Shown here in pieces: positions 41,058 to 52,135 of a stretch of DNA of 64,000 bases. Within the stretch, counting starts at the first letter, position 1. Every line of letters starts with the position of its first letter. The position numbers and the translations under genes are program-made. Source of the stretch: an uncultured Alphaproteobacteria bacterium (GTDB lineage Bacteria; Pseudomonadota; Alphaproteobacteria; Rhizobiales; Beijerinckiaceae). A model generated the notes under the pieces. That model did no database searches, was not told the origin of the DNA, and saw only the letters and a program-made list of their open reading frames with translations. Location of the stretch: the NCBI GenBank assembly GCA_963808525.1, contig CAWEGE010000014.1:52736-116735 (forward strand). Reading direction: 5' to 3'.

Positions 41058-41187
41058 TTTCTCAACGCCTCCTGCAAGCGCGCCCCGGCGCGCTTGCGCT
41101 AGAACAACGTATATCCCTGCGCTCCGCCTGTGCTAAACTCCGTCCGCCGCGTCGATTTCCCGACGCGCGCTAAGAACAGAAGCGCGC

Positions 41188-41988
41188 ATGCAGACTCCAT
41201 TGGACAAGAAGATTGACGCCACATTGGCGTTGCGCAGCGGTGGGCGGCTGCTCGTCGGGCGCGAACGCATCAAGGTTCTCGAGGCCGTCGCCGAGCACGG
41301 CAGCATCTCCCAGGCCGCTAAGGCCTCAGGCTTCTCCTATAAGGGCGCCTGGGACGCTGTCCAGGCCATCAACAATCTGCTCCCCTCCCCGGCCTTCGTC
41401 CTCAAGGCCGGCGGCCGCTCGGGCGGCGGCGCCGAGGTCACGCCGGAAGGCTTGAAGCTCATCGAAGCCTTCCACCGTCTCGAGGAGCGCCTAACCCGCA
41501 TTTCCTCGGCGATCGCGCTCGACGGCCTGGAAGGCATCGACGATGTCCTGCTCTGGGGAGTGGGCTTGCGTATCTCGGCGCGAAACGTCTTTCAGGCTGA
41601 AGTCGTCAAGGTCGAGGCCGGCCCCGTCGATGTCGACGTCTCGCTGCGGCTCTCGGACCAGCTGCCTCTGCATGCGATCGTCACCAATGACGCCCTGGAG
41701 GAGCTCGATCTCAAGCCTGGAAGCCGCGCGCTGGCGCTTGTGAAGTCCCCCTTTGTCGAGATCACCCGCATAGACGCGCCGCCGCTCCATGAGCGCAACC
41801 GCTTTATCGGCCGCATCACGCGCCGCATCGACTCCGAGCCGCGGAGCGAATTTCTGCTCGACATCGGCGGTGGCAAGAGCCTGACGGCCGTGATCTCGCA
41901 CGCGCGGGCGGTGGAACTCGGACTGCGCGAAGGCGACGAAGCAGCGGCGCACTTCGCGCCGGAGAACGTCATTCTCGCCATCGCATGA
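41188..41988 (+). CDS. modE: ModE/MopA-type molybdate-responsive regulator (wHTH + 2 TOBE)
   Basis: GSISQAAKASGFSYKGAWD, GGRSGGGA, ISARN and two TOBE repeats. Confidence 0.9.
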   Translation: MQTPLDKKIDATLALRSGGRLLVGRERIKVLEAVAEHGSISQAAKASGFSYKGAWDAVQAINNLLPSPAFVLKAGGRSGGGAEVTPEGLKLIEAFHRLEERLTRISSAIALDGLEGIDDVLLWGVGLRISARNVFQAEVVKVEAGPVDVDVSLRLSDQLPLHAIVTNDALEELDLKPGSRALALVKSPFVEITRIDAPPLHERNRFIGRITRRIDSEPRSEFLLDIGGGKSLTAVISHARAVELGLREGDEAAAHFAPENVILAIA

Positions 41989-42039
41989 GGCGCAACGCCC
42001 AGGGCCGATAAATTCGGGACGAAGAGAAGAGGTTTGACG

Positions 42040-42423
42040 ATGCGATCTTCGATCGGGAAGGCGTTTGCCGTCGCTGCGGCGTCGGCCTGCGCCGCGCTAT
42101 TCTCTGCGCCCACGCGGGCTGAGACGCTCAGGCAAGACGCAGAACTCCACACGCGCCCCAGCGCGAAATCGGAGGCGATCGCGGTGCTCGGCGCGGGAAT
42201 GCCCGTCGTGGTGCTCGAGCGGCCCCACAAGGATTGGACGCTTATCGCGGGGGCCGGTTTCGAAGGCTATGTGCGCAGCGCGGATATTGCGCCTTTCAAT
42301 CCCTGGTGCACGCAGGGCTACCCCTATTCCGGCAGCGAGCGCTATTTCCAGGACGGCCTGACCCCGGTGCGCACGGGGCCTCTCGGCTTCCTTTTCGGCT
42401 ATCATGTGTCCGACCCCTGTTAA
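42040..42423 (+). CDS. Exported bacterial SH3-domain protein
   Basis: Signal peptide; LHTRPSAKSEAIAVL.AG..V....DW..I....GYV. Confidence 0.7.
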   Translation: MRSSIGKAFAVAAASACAALFSAPTRAETLRQDAELHTRPSAKSEAIAVLGAGMPVVVLERPHKDWTLIAGAGFEGYVRSADIAPFNPWCTQGYPYSGSERYFQDGLTPVRTGPLGFLFGYHVSDPC

Positions 42424-42484
42424 GAGGGAGCCGGAAAAGCGGGCGGGTGATCGCTCGATGGGCTCTCGCTTTGAGCTGAAGTGG

Positions 42485-42844
42485 CTAGCCTCTCGTGAAG
42501 TCGATCAAATTGGGACAATGAGACTGGTGGCGGCCACTGACGCCATCGAATTGCAGGTCACAGGAGTTCTGCGCGCAGGGACAGGGCGCATGCGCGGCTT
42601 CTGGATGCGAGGTCAGGAAACGGCGCAACACGAGCAAGAGATCGGCCGCGCGTTCCGCCACGCCGAGGTCGAGAGCCGTGCGGATGTCGGCGACGATGAG
42701 ATCGCGCACGACCTCCGATCCTCTCCATAGGTTCGAGAGATAGCTCGCGAGCACCACGCGATGGATTTCCGTTTCGGTGACGCCGACGATCATTTCTTCG
42801 GGGCAAAGGCCGGTGGCCGAGCGAACATCTTCCAGCGTGGTCAT
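42485..42844 (-). CDS. Hypothetical protein
   Basis: 119 aa with plausible composition; ASYL..L.RG...VRDLIVADIR.ALDLG; no function assignable. Confidence 0.7.
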   Translation of the reverse strand: MTTLEDVRSATGLCPEEMIVGVTETEIHRVVLASYLSNLWRGSEVVRDLIVADIRTALDLGVAERAADLLLVLRRFLTSHPEAAHAPCPCAQNSCDLQFDGVSGRHQSHCPNLIDFTRG

Positions 42845-42908
42845 TCTGTTCTCTCAGTCCGGCTCATAGCCCGCCCGGCGCTACGCTACCGCGGGCCCGA
42901 TCCGGCTC

Positions 42909-43499
42909 TCACGGTTTGACGCGCCCCGCGCGGTCGGAGGCCACGATCGGATCTTGGGCCGAGCCGAAGCGCTTGGTCTTGGTGGCCTGCTCCATGGCGG
43001 CGAGCACCCTCCGCTCTCCGCGGGGCAGCGCGCGCGCTTCCGCAAGGGTTTGGAAATCTCGGACCGTATGCGGGCAGGCCGCGCGCCCCGCAAACACCCT
43101 CACGCCCTCGTCCGTCATGATCACGTCGCCGGGTCGCAGAGTGGCGTCCCGCATCAAGGCCTCGGTTCGGTCGTGCGGGACTGAGGTCTGATCCTGCCAG
43201 GAGCAAAACTGCGGATGCTTCGGAGACGAGCCGGCTGCCAAGGCGTCTCCGCTCGCATTGGCCACGATGCTCGTAGCCCTGTGGACTTCCACTCGACGCC
43301 GCGGAGGCGTACGGCGCCGCTCGAGCTGCGGAGGGGGCCAATCGGGCGCAGCCGAACCGCCGAAAAGCTCATCGAGGAACCCCGCCTGCGCCGATCCGGC
43401 CGCGGCGAGGCCCGTGCACGCCACGATGAGCGCGACGGCGGTGTTTCGAACCCTTAGCTTTGATGGAGCCAAAGAGATGGCGAATGTCCTTTGGACCAT
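42909..43499 (-). CDS. Exported hypothetical protein
   Basis: Signal peptide ending AQA-GFLDELFG; DATLRPGDVIMTDEGVRVF.G motif. Confidence 0.7.
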   Translation of the reverse strand: MVQRTFAISLAPSKLRVRNTAVALIVACTGLAAAGSAQAGFLDELFGGSAAPDWPPPQLERRRTPPRRRVEVHRATSIVANASGDALAAGSSPKHPQFCSWQDQTSVPHDRTEALMRDATLRPGDVIMTDEGVRVFAGRAACPHTVRDFQTLAEARALPRGERRVLAAMEQATKTKRFGSAQDPIVASDRAGRVKP

Positions 43500-43800
43500 G
43501 CAGTCCCCTGATTCGAGCGAGAGAACCAAGCTTGATCTTGGCTTATAACCAACTCTTATCAGCTTGTTTAGCTCAATGTGAGCCGTTTGAGAATGCCAGA
43601 TTGCGCCAGGTTTGGCTAGAAATTCGCCATTTTATCGCCATTTTTGGTCAACGCGCTGATTTAGGCCGCCGCGGGGCGTGTCTCTCCGCCAGCGCCATCC
43701 GCGGCAATCGGAATCGGCGTCAGACGCCGCCCGGCCGACGGGTGGCGAGAGTGGGAGGCTTCATCCCTGGGATTGAGAGCGCACTCGGCCCTGGGTATGC

Positions 43801-45164
<1,364 letters not shown>

Positions 45165-45168
<4 letters not shown>

Positions 45169-45554
45169 TGGCCCTGGTCCTCACGCCGCCTGCTGAGGAA
45201 GCTCTCCACGGTGTCGAGGAACTTCGCCACCGAAATGGGCTTGGAGAGATAGGCCTCGCAGCCGCCCTGCAGGATCTTCTCCTCGTCCCCCTTCATCGCG
45301 AAGGCCGTGACCGCAATGACGGGTATGGCGCTCAGCGCCGGATCGTCCTTGATCCAGCGCGTCACCTGCAGGCCGGAAACCTCGGGCAGCTGGATGTCCA
45401 TCAGGATCAGGTCGGGGCTGTGCGCACGCGCCAGCGCGACCGCCTCTACCCCGGTCTTGGCGCGCAGGGTGACGTGACCGCTTCTCTCCAACAAATCGCT
45501 GAAGAGCTTCATGTTGAGCTCGTTGTCCTCGACGATGAGGATGGTTTTTGCCAT
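45165..45554 (-). CDS. divK: Single-domain cell-cycle response regulator
   Basis: [22 protein letters not shown] and [11 protein letters not shown] motifs. Confidence 0.96.
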
Positions 45555-45662
45555 GGCGAGATCACTTATGCCCCGCGCCCGAACTTTGCCGCTGAGACGG
45601 CTGGAGAGCCCCCGGGCATGCGCGGCGGCGAGCTTGAGAGAGCATAGCTAGCGGACGAAGAT

Positions 45663-45683
45663 TGACGAATTGAAAATTCGTCA
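45663..45683. promoter_or_regulatory. Perfect palindrome upstream of divK-pleD
   Basis: TGACGAATT-gaa-AATTCGTCA, about 110 bp upstream of divK. Confidence 0.45.
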
Positions 45684-45878
45684 TGCGGCTGCGGCTCTCC
45701 TGTGACCGCGGACAGGCGCGCGAGCAACAATAAGGCGCCGCGCGCGGTCTTCTAGATAAGGCGACGCGGCGGCCGAATCAGAGCCCTACAACTCAATAAA
45801 GAGAATCTAGCTCGTTTCCAGCTTCATTTAAAGCACAAACAGCGAACGGCGCGATCCGGAGATCGTGCCGTCGTCGAG

Positions 45879-46254
45879 TTACTGGGCGCCAGCGTCGAGC
45901 GCCAAGCGGTTGACGACCGTCGCTGACATCGCCTCGGCGCGACCGAGGCAGACGAAGCGCAGCGAATTGCCGTCGGCGGTGGCGATCCTCGCCGTCTTGC
46001 CCGGCTCGACCGCAAGCTGCAACTGCGCCGCCCCATGCGCGGACTCCTCCTCGGTCCTCTCAGCGATCATCGCCGTAAGCCGGCAGACGCCGTCCGCGCT
46101 GACGAAATAGCTGATGACGCGCTTCGTCCCGACGTCGAGGCTTTTGGCCTGCGTCGGTTTCATCAGCGTGGAGTCCCGAATGCTCCTCGTCGGCGAAGCT
46201 TGCGCCAGCGGCGAGCGCCAGCGCCGCCGAAGTCATTCGCGAAGCCTTGCTCAT
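45879..46254 (-). CDS. Small exported protein, paralog B (frameshift near 46170)
   Basis: Signal-like MSKASRMTSAALALAAG, then MKPTQAKSLDVGTKRVISYFVSADGVCRLT...VEPGKTA....GNSLRFVC. Confidence 0.6.
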
Positions 46255-46366
46255 GTTCGTGCCTTTCTGTTTACGGGCGTCGCCCGACGCCGCTTTGCGA
46301 GTTCGCCACACGCGCGCCTACCGCACTGCAGTATGACGCGCGCGCGCGACGGTTGAGGATCGACCC

Positions 46367-46754
46367 TCATTCATCGTTTGCGCTGGCCGCCAGGGTCTTG
46401 ACCCTCGAGGTCAGCAACGCCGCAGCCTCCGGCCGGCAGGCGAGCCGCAGGGATTTCCCCTCGGGCCCGTCGAAGGTGGCGCTGCGGCCCGGCTCGATGC
46501 GCAAGGACAGGCGCGATCCCAGCGCAGGGGCCTCGTCGCCGCGCGTTTGCGCGATCATCAGCGTCACCTTGCAGCGGCCGTCCGCGGGAACGAAAAAGGC
46601 CAGGAACTCGCTGCGAACCCAATTCGAAACTCGCAGCCCGCAGGGGTCGCAGTTCTTCAGGTGTCCAAGGGTCCGCGACCGTCGGGACCGCGAGACCGGC
46701 GAGCATCAGGCCTGCGGCGATCGCAAGCCCCATAGTCCGTCGACCGTTCGTCAT
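46367..46754 (-). CDS. Small exported protein, paralog A (frameshift near 46605)
   Basis: Signal peptide; LRPLRAASFELGSQR..FFVPADGRCKVT...IEPGRSA....GKSLRLAC; same pattern as 45879..46254. Confidence 0.6.
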
Positions 46755-46900
46755 GATCCGTTCCTTTCTTCGCATCTGAAGCAAATCCCGCGAATGCCGA
46801 GAGACTTTCGCGATCAGAATTCGCCACAGCGCTCTGGTTAGCGGCGATTACCTATCGCTCGGACCATGCGTTCGAGCGGAAATCGCGCTGACGGAGCGTT

Positions 46901-46959
46901 CGTAGGCGGCGCTATGGATGGGTGAGTGTGCGGGGGGTGCGTTCGGGGCGCCGCCTACG
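46901..46959. other. Intergenic hairpin: 12-bp perfect stem with a G-rich loop (C-rich on the minus strand)
   Basis: CGTAGGCGGCGC (46901-46912) pairs with GCGCCGCCTACG (46948-46959); pairing extends imperfectly to 46892/46967. Confidence 0.5.
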
Positions 46960-47150
46960 CCGTTCCGCAAATCTTTCCTAGCAGGGTTTTTGCGCTGCAG
47001 CAAGCAATTTTTTTGCAGTGCACAATAAACTAGCGCTGGACAATAGATTGCGCCTCAAAAACGACATTGGGCGCACGCCTCTTCATCGCGGAAGACGCAA
47101 AAAGTTGCGCCGGACCCGACGGCTGGCGCGACCTCAATCGCAAAAGTCAA

Positions 47151-47165
47151 TTAATTTACGCTTAA
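47151..47165. promoter_or_regulatory. CtrA-type box
   Basis: TTAA-tttacgc-TTAA (TTAA-N7-TTAA). Confidence 0.5.
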
Positions 47166-47180
47166 TTTCGTCCGATAAGC

Positions 47181-47732
47181 TCAGATGGGCTCCGGTCCGC
47201 GGGAAATCGCGGCGACGCCCGTCCGCGAGACCTCGACGAGCCCGATCGGGCGCATTAGATCGACGAATTCGTCGATCTTGTCCGGCTTTCCCGTCAGCTC
47301 AAAGATGAAGCTTTCGGTCGTCGCGTCCACAACCCTGGCGCGAAACGCCTCCGCGAGCTGCAGCGCGTCAGTCCGGTCATCGCCCCTGCCCTTGACCTTG
47401 ACCATGGCGAGCTCGCGTTCGAGCGAGCGGCCGCCGATGGTCAGATCTGTCACCTTGCGCACCGGCACGAGCCGCTCGAGCTGGTGGCGGATCTGCTCGA
47501 TCGTCTCGGGTGCGGCCAAGGTGCGGATGGTGATGCGCGAGAGGTTTTCCGCGTGGGCGACCTCCGCGACGGTCAGGCTGTCGATGTTGTAGGCTCGCCC
47601 CGAAAAGAGGCCGACGACGCGGGCGAGCACGCCCGGCTCATTGTCGACGAGAACGGAAAGCGTGTGCGGCTCGGCGTTCGAGCGCTTCGTCGCGGCGGAA
47701 TAGGGAGAGGGGGGCGAAACAGCGGCGGTCAT
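47181..47732 (-). CDS. ilvH: Acetolactate synthase small subunit
   Basis: LSVLVDNEPGVLARVVGLFSGRAYNIDSLTV and EVSRTG motifs. Confidence 0.96.
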   Translation of the reverse strand: MTAAVSPPSPYSAATKRSNAEPHTLSVLVDNEPGVLARVVGLFSGRAYNIDSLTVAEVAHAENLSRITIRTLAAPETIEQIRHQLERLVPVRKVTDLTIGGRSLERELAMVKVKGRGDDRTDALQLAEAFRARVVDATTESFIFELTGKPDKIDEFVDLMRPIGLVEVSRTGVAAISRGPEPI

Positions 47733-47843
47733 GAGGGTTTCCCGAGCACAGGATGGGGAGCAGCGCTAAGAGCGAGAAGGGAGTTGGCGGGCGGACTGCG
47801 AGCTTGCTTCGGTCGACCTTCGCCCTTTCCTCTTCCTCGCCCC

Positions 47844-49616
47844 TTACACCAGCATTTTTCCTTTTTCGTCGATGATCGCCCCGAGGTCCAAGCCGGCGTC
47901 GTCGGAGAGATCCGCGAGCAGCATGTCGTTATGGGCCTTGCCGGACGGAATCATCGGGAAGCAGTTCTCGGACTTCTCGACGACGCAGTCGAAGAGCACC
48001 GGCCCGTCATAGTCGAGCATCTCCCCGATCGCCGCGTCGAGCTCCTTGGGGTCGTAGCAGCGGATTCCCTTCGCGCCGAAGGCCTCGGCGAGCTTCACGA
48101 AATCCGGCAAAGCCTCCGAATAGCTGTGCGAATAGCGCCCGCCATGCAGAAGCTCCTGCCACTGGCGCACCATGCCCATATATTCATTGTTCAGGATGAA
48201 CACTTTCACCGGCAGCCGGTATTGAATCGCGGTCGACAATTCCTGAATGCACATCAGGATCGAGGCCTCGCCCGCGATGTCGATGACGAGCGAGCGCGGA
48301 TGCGCGAGCTGCACCCCGATGGCCGCCGGCAGGCCGTAGCCCATAGTGCCGAGCCCGCCCGAGGTCATCCAGCGATTCGGCTCCTCGAAATGAAAATGCT
48401 GGGCGGCCCACATCTGATGCTGGCCGACCTCGGTGGTCACATAGACATCGCGGCCCTTGGTCAGTTCATACAGTCGTTGCACGGCGTATTGCGGCTTGAT
48501 GGTCGTCGTCGAATTGCGATACGCGAGCGATTTCCGTGCGCGCCAGGCGTCGATCTGCTTGCGCCACTCGCCGAGCGGCGGCTGCTCGGCCTGCATCGCC
48601 TCGGAGCGCCACAGCCGCACCATGGCCTCCAGCACATGGCCGCAATCGCCGACGATGCCGAGGTCGACCTTGACGTTCTTGTTGATCGACGAAGGATCGA
48701 CGTCGATATGGATTTTCTTCGATCCCGGCGAAAAGGCGTCGAGCCGGCCGGTGATGCGGTCGTCGAAGCGCGCGCCCAGCGCGATCATCAGATCGCAGTC
48801 GTGCATGGCGTTGTTCGCCTCGAAGGTCCCATGCATGCCGAGCATGCCGAGCCAGTGCTCCCCCGAGGCGGGATAGGCGCCGAGCCCCATCAGGGTCGAG
48901 GTAATCGGAAAGCCCGTCAGCTTCACGAGCTCGCGCAGCAGTGTCGAGGCTGCCGGCCCCGAATTGATGACGCCGCCGCCGGTGTAGAAGATCGGGCGCT
49001 TCGCGGCGGCCATCATGGCCACAGCCTCCCGGATCAGCCCCATGTCGGCGTCGAGCTGGGGATGATAGGTCTTGTGATGCACATTGTGGGGCGGAGCGTA
49101 GCGGCCACGCGCGAACTGCACGTCCTTGGGAATGTCGATGACCACGGGTCCGGGACGCCCGCTCGAGGCGACATAGAAGGCCTCATGCAGGACCCGGCAG
49201 AGATCTTCGATGCTGCGCACGAGATAATTGTGCTTGGTGCAATGCCGGGTGATGCCGACCGTGTCGCACTCTTGGAAGGCGTCCGAGCCGATGAGATGCG
49301 TCGGCACCTGCCCCGTGATGCAGACGAGCGGGATGCTGTCCATCAGCGCGTCGGTCAGGCCGGTCACCGTGTTCGTCGCGCCCGGACCCGACGTGACGAG
49401 AAGCGCGCCGACCTTGCCCGAAGAGCGCGCGTAGCCCTCGGCGGCATGCGCCGCGCCCTGCTCATGGCGCACCAGAATGTGCCGCACCGTCTCCTGCTGG
49501 AAGAGCACGTCGTAGATCGGCAGCACCGCGCCACCCGGATATCCGAACAGCGTATCGACGCCGTGGTCCTTGAGGGCCTCCACGACCATCTCGGCGCCGG
49601 TCATCTCCTTGGACAT
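47844..49616 (-). CDS. ilvI: Acetolactate synthase large subunit
   Basis: FGYPGGAVLP, RHEQGA, TSGPGATN, EVGQHQMW, GEASILM and NNEYMGMVRQWQ motifs. Confidence 0.97.
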   Translation of the reverse strand: MSKEMTGAEMVVEALKDHGVDTLFGYPGGAVLPIYDVLFQQETVRHILVRHEQGAAHAAEGYARSSGKVGALLVTSGPGATNTVTGLTDALMDSIPLVCITGQVPTHLIGSDAFQECDTVGITRHCTKHNYLVRSIEDLCRVLHEAFYVASSGRPGPVVIDIPKDVQFARGRYAPPHNVHHKTYHPQLDADMGLIREAVAMMAAAKRPIFYTGGGVINSGPAASTLLRELVKLTGFPITSTLMGLGAYPASGEHWLGMLGMHGTFEANNAMHDCDLMIALGARFDDRITGRLDAFSPGSKKIHIDVDPSSINKNVKVDLGIVGDCGHVLEAMVRLWRSEAMQAEQPPLGEWRKQIDAWRARKSLAYRNSTTTIKPQYAVQRLYELTKGRDVYVTTEVGQHQMWAAQHFHFEEPNRWMTSGGLGTMGYGLPAAIGVQLAHPRSLVIDIAGEASILMCIQELSTAIQYRLPVKVFILNNEYMGMVRQWQELLHGGRYSHSYSEALPDFVKLAEAFGAKGIRCYDPKELDAAIGEMLDYDGPVLFDCVVEKSENCFPMIPSGKAHNDMLLADLSDDAGLDLGAIIDEKGKMLV

Positions 49617-49674
49617 GATCGCTAACTATCCTTGGCTTGTGTGGTCGCGCGCGGCGCGCTGGATTTTGGGCAAC

Positions 49675-49774
49675 AAAAAAGGCCCACAGGGGGCCTTCGG
49701 TCAAGCGCCGAGAGGGACGGCGGGCCTTAGGCCCGGTCCATCGGCGCTGGAGATACGACCAGAGCTGCGTGCAC
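49675..49774 (-). promoter_or_regulatory. ilvIH attenuator: leader peptide MHAALVVSPAPMDRA (49774-49727) plus terminator (49697-49675)
   Basis: GTG start after an upstream RBS-like stretch; Leu-Val-Val control codons; hairpin AAGGCCC-cctgt-GGGCCTT followed by a U-tract. Confidence 0.6.
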
Positions 49775-49990
49775 GTTTGTAGATCCTCGGAAAGGGAGGA
49801 GAGACACTAGGCGACGCCGGCGACGGGGTCAAGACGCGCGCGAGAGGCGTCTCGACCGAGGAGCGTCTCGACGATGACGCGACATCACGCTAAGTAGCCT
49901 TCCAGCCCAGAGTTTCGGCGGCCTGCGCCTTGCGCGGACATCCCCGTCGAAGCGGCGCGCCCGCCGCGTCGGGCCAGGGAAGGATCGAGG

Positions 49991-50245
49991 ATGCGCTTAG
50001 CACAAGTCGCCACGCATAGCCCGGAAACCCTGGGCCTTGCGGGGATCGTCGCCGGGCTGCTGCTTTTCCTGACGGGCTATGTCGTCGGCGCTCAGACCCA
50101 GGGCGCCGCCTGCCCGCCCGCCGCAGTCCAAGTGCGCAGCGAGCTCGAAGGACCAGCCTCCGACGGCCGCGAGCATAAGGTCAAGACGATCATGTACGAC
50201 ACGCCAGTTCCCGACAGCGTGACCACCAAGCCGCCGGCCAAATAA
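49991..50245 (+). CDS. Small membrane-anchored hypothetical protein
   Basis: GAGG RBS; TM segment LAGIVAGLLLFLTGYVVG. Confidence 0.55.
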   Translation: MRLAQVATHSPETLGLAGIVAGLLLFLTGYVVGAQTQGAACPPAAVQVRSELEGPASDGREHKVKTIMYDTPVPDSVTTKPPAK

Positions 50246-50464
50246 CGACTCGGCGTTCGCCATGCGCGCCCCTGTGTGCTTGCAGCTGTCCACGAGACTT
50301 TGGCCGCAGGCCGCAGGCGAACGCAACATACTGAATTATCTTATATTTCCGGCCAACCAAAAATGCGCGCTATGCCACATTGCCAACGCTCGCAAAAAAA
50401 GCTACGCTCACCAGCGGTGCGGAAAGCACGCCATGCTCAAAACTAACAACAGGGGGAAATCCAA

Positions 50465-50653
50465 ATGGCAAACGTCCACAGCGCCGGCGAACTCGGCAAA
50501 ATCCTCGCTTATCTCGCGGGTATCGTGATCTTCGTCGTCGTGGCCCTGACCTGGGTTCCGGACTGGATCTCGCCGGAAGGCACGAACGGCACGGGCAACC
50601 GTGAAGGCGTTACGGGCGCGGGAGTCGGCTCCACCGCGCGCATGATCAACTGA
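50465..50653 (+). CDS. 62-aa single-TM protein
   Basis: RBS AGGGGG; TM ILAYLAGIVIFVVVALTW; Gly/Thr-rich tail; followed by a terminator. Confidence 0.7.
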   Translation: MANVHSAGELGKILAYLAGIVIFVVVALTWVPDWISPEGTNGTGNREGVTGAGVGSTARMIN

Positions 50654-50666
50654 TCAGGCTTCGATT

Positions 50667-50715
50667 GTCGCGTCCGGGGCGCTGGCCCCGGCGCGACGCT
50701 TTATTTTCTCTTTTT
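50667..50715 (+). terminator. Rho-independent terminator
   Basis: GTCGCGTCCGGGGC-gctg-GCCCCGGCGCGAC followed by a T-rich run. Confidence 0.7.
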
Positions 50716-50747
50716 CTTGAAATCGTTTGTTTCTCCCCGCGCCGCCC

Positions 50748-51593
50748 TCAGGGCGCACCCCAAAATTCCGGCCAGCACTGAGCGAGCCGCCCGCCGAGCC
50801 GGAGCGGCGCGATGCCGATCGCAAGCCCCGTCTCCCGCTCGATCTCGACTCCCACACCACAGAGCGTCCCTGCCCCGGTCGCCGGCTCGTAGCGCGGCCC
50901 CGGAGTCTTCTCGAGGTAGCGACGGATCGGCTCCTCCTTGCGCATCCCAATCACCGAATCATAGTCGCCGCACATTCCCGCATCCGACAAGTAGCCCGTG
51001 CCCTTGACGAGGATCTGCGCGTCCGCGGTCGGCACATGGGTGTGCGTGCCGACGACGAGCGAGGCCCGTCCGTCGACGAAATGCGCCAACGCCATCTTCT
51101 CGGCCGTCGTCTCCGCATGCATGTCGATGACGACCGCATCCGCCTCACGCCCGATCCGGTTGAGCTCGCGATCGATCGCCGCAAAGGGATCGTCGAGCTG
51201 ATCCATGAAGACGCGCCCCTGAACATTGGCGACATAGAAGCGCGCCCCGCAGGAGGCTTCGAAAATACCCGCCCCCTGCCCCGGCGCGCCGCTGGGATAG
51301 TTGATCGGGCGCAAGAGCCTCGGCTGCCGGACGATATAAGTGAGCGCCTCGCGCTGATCGAAAGCGTGGTTACCGAGCGTCACGCAGTCGGCGCCGGCCG
51401 CAAGAAGCTCCTCGCAGATCGCCTCGGTAATGCCGAATCCGCCCGCGGCGTTCTCCGCATTGACTACGACGAAATCGAGCCCCCAGGCTTGGCGCAGCGC
51501 GGGCAGTCGCGAGAGCACGGCCTCGCGGCCGCTGCGACCGACGACATCGCCGAGAAAAAGCAGGCGCAAGGCGCGCCGGGGGAGATCGCTCAT
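50748..51593 (-). CDS. TIGR00282/YmdB family metallophosphoesterase
   Basis: LFLGDVVG, VNAENAAGGFG, TLGNH, DMHAETTAEK, GTHTHVPTAD and SDAGMCG motifs. Confidence 0.93.
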   Translation of the reverse strand: MSDLPRRALRLLFLGDVVGRSGREAVLSRLPALRQAWGLDFVVVNAENAAGGFGITEAICEELLAAGADCVTLGNHAFDQREALTYIVRQPRLLRPINYPSGAPGQGAGIFEASCGARFYVANVQGRVFMDQLDDPFAAIDRELNRIGREADAVVIDMHAETTAEKMALAHFVDGRASLVVGTHTHVPTADAQILVKGTGYLSDAGMCGDYDSVIGMRKEEPIRRYLEKTPGPRYEPATGAGTLCGVGVEIERETGLAIGIAPLRLGGRLAQCWPEFWGAP

Positions 51594-51763
51594 GCTCCAC
51601 CGCATCGCATTGTTTGGCGCCGTTGAAAAGATGGAGTATGCAACGCCGGCTACCGAGGCGCGCACTCAGTATTAAACCTAACTTGAAATGAAAACACACT
51701 AACTGCGTTTCTGAACGGGTCGTTCGATCTTATAAATAGACTTTCAAATCAAAAAGCCGCGAG

Positions 51764-52087
51764 TTGGATGCGATGGGGTGCCTGGAACTTTCCGAGCTTC
51801 GCGCTCTCTCGGACGCCGAAACGGCGCTCCTGGAGGCTTCCGCCAGGAAGATCGAGAATATCGTTGCAGACGCCAAAGAAGCTGCTCAGCAATCCGGTCT
51901 CGATCTGGCGCTAATACAGAATGGACTGATTACGGTATTGATTTTGACCACGGCGAATTTCGCCGCCTTGCACAATGAGTCCGACGACAAAGAGACGGTC
52001 TCCTTCTCGATCATGCGGTGCATGGCGGAGGCGCTTTTGGAGATCACAACTCTTACTCCTCAAGACGGCCTCGGAAAGCGCCATTAG
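51764..52087 (+). CDS. Hypothetical protein, AT-richer than its flanks
   Basis: 107-aa helical ORF after an AT-rich promoter-like region; no recognised motif. Confidence 0.5.
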   Translation: MDAMGCLELSELRALSDAETALLEASARKIENIVADAKEAAQQSGLDLALIQNGLITVLILTTANFAALHNESDDKETVSFSIMRCMAEALLEITTLTPQDGLGKRH

Positions 52088-52135
52088 CACGGCCGCATTC
52101 ACCCTCTCCCCGCCGTCAGCTCGCAAACCGCTCGC

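Noticed and set aside
51672-51686. CtrA-like box TTAA-N7-TTGA
   Set aside because: One mismatch within an AT-rich intergenic stretch, so a chance match is plausible.
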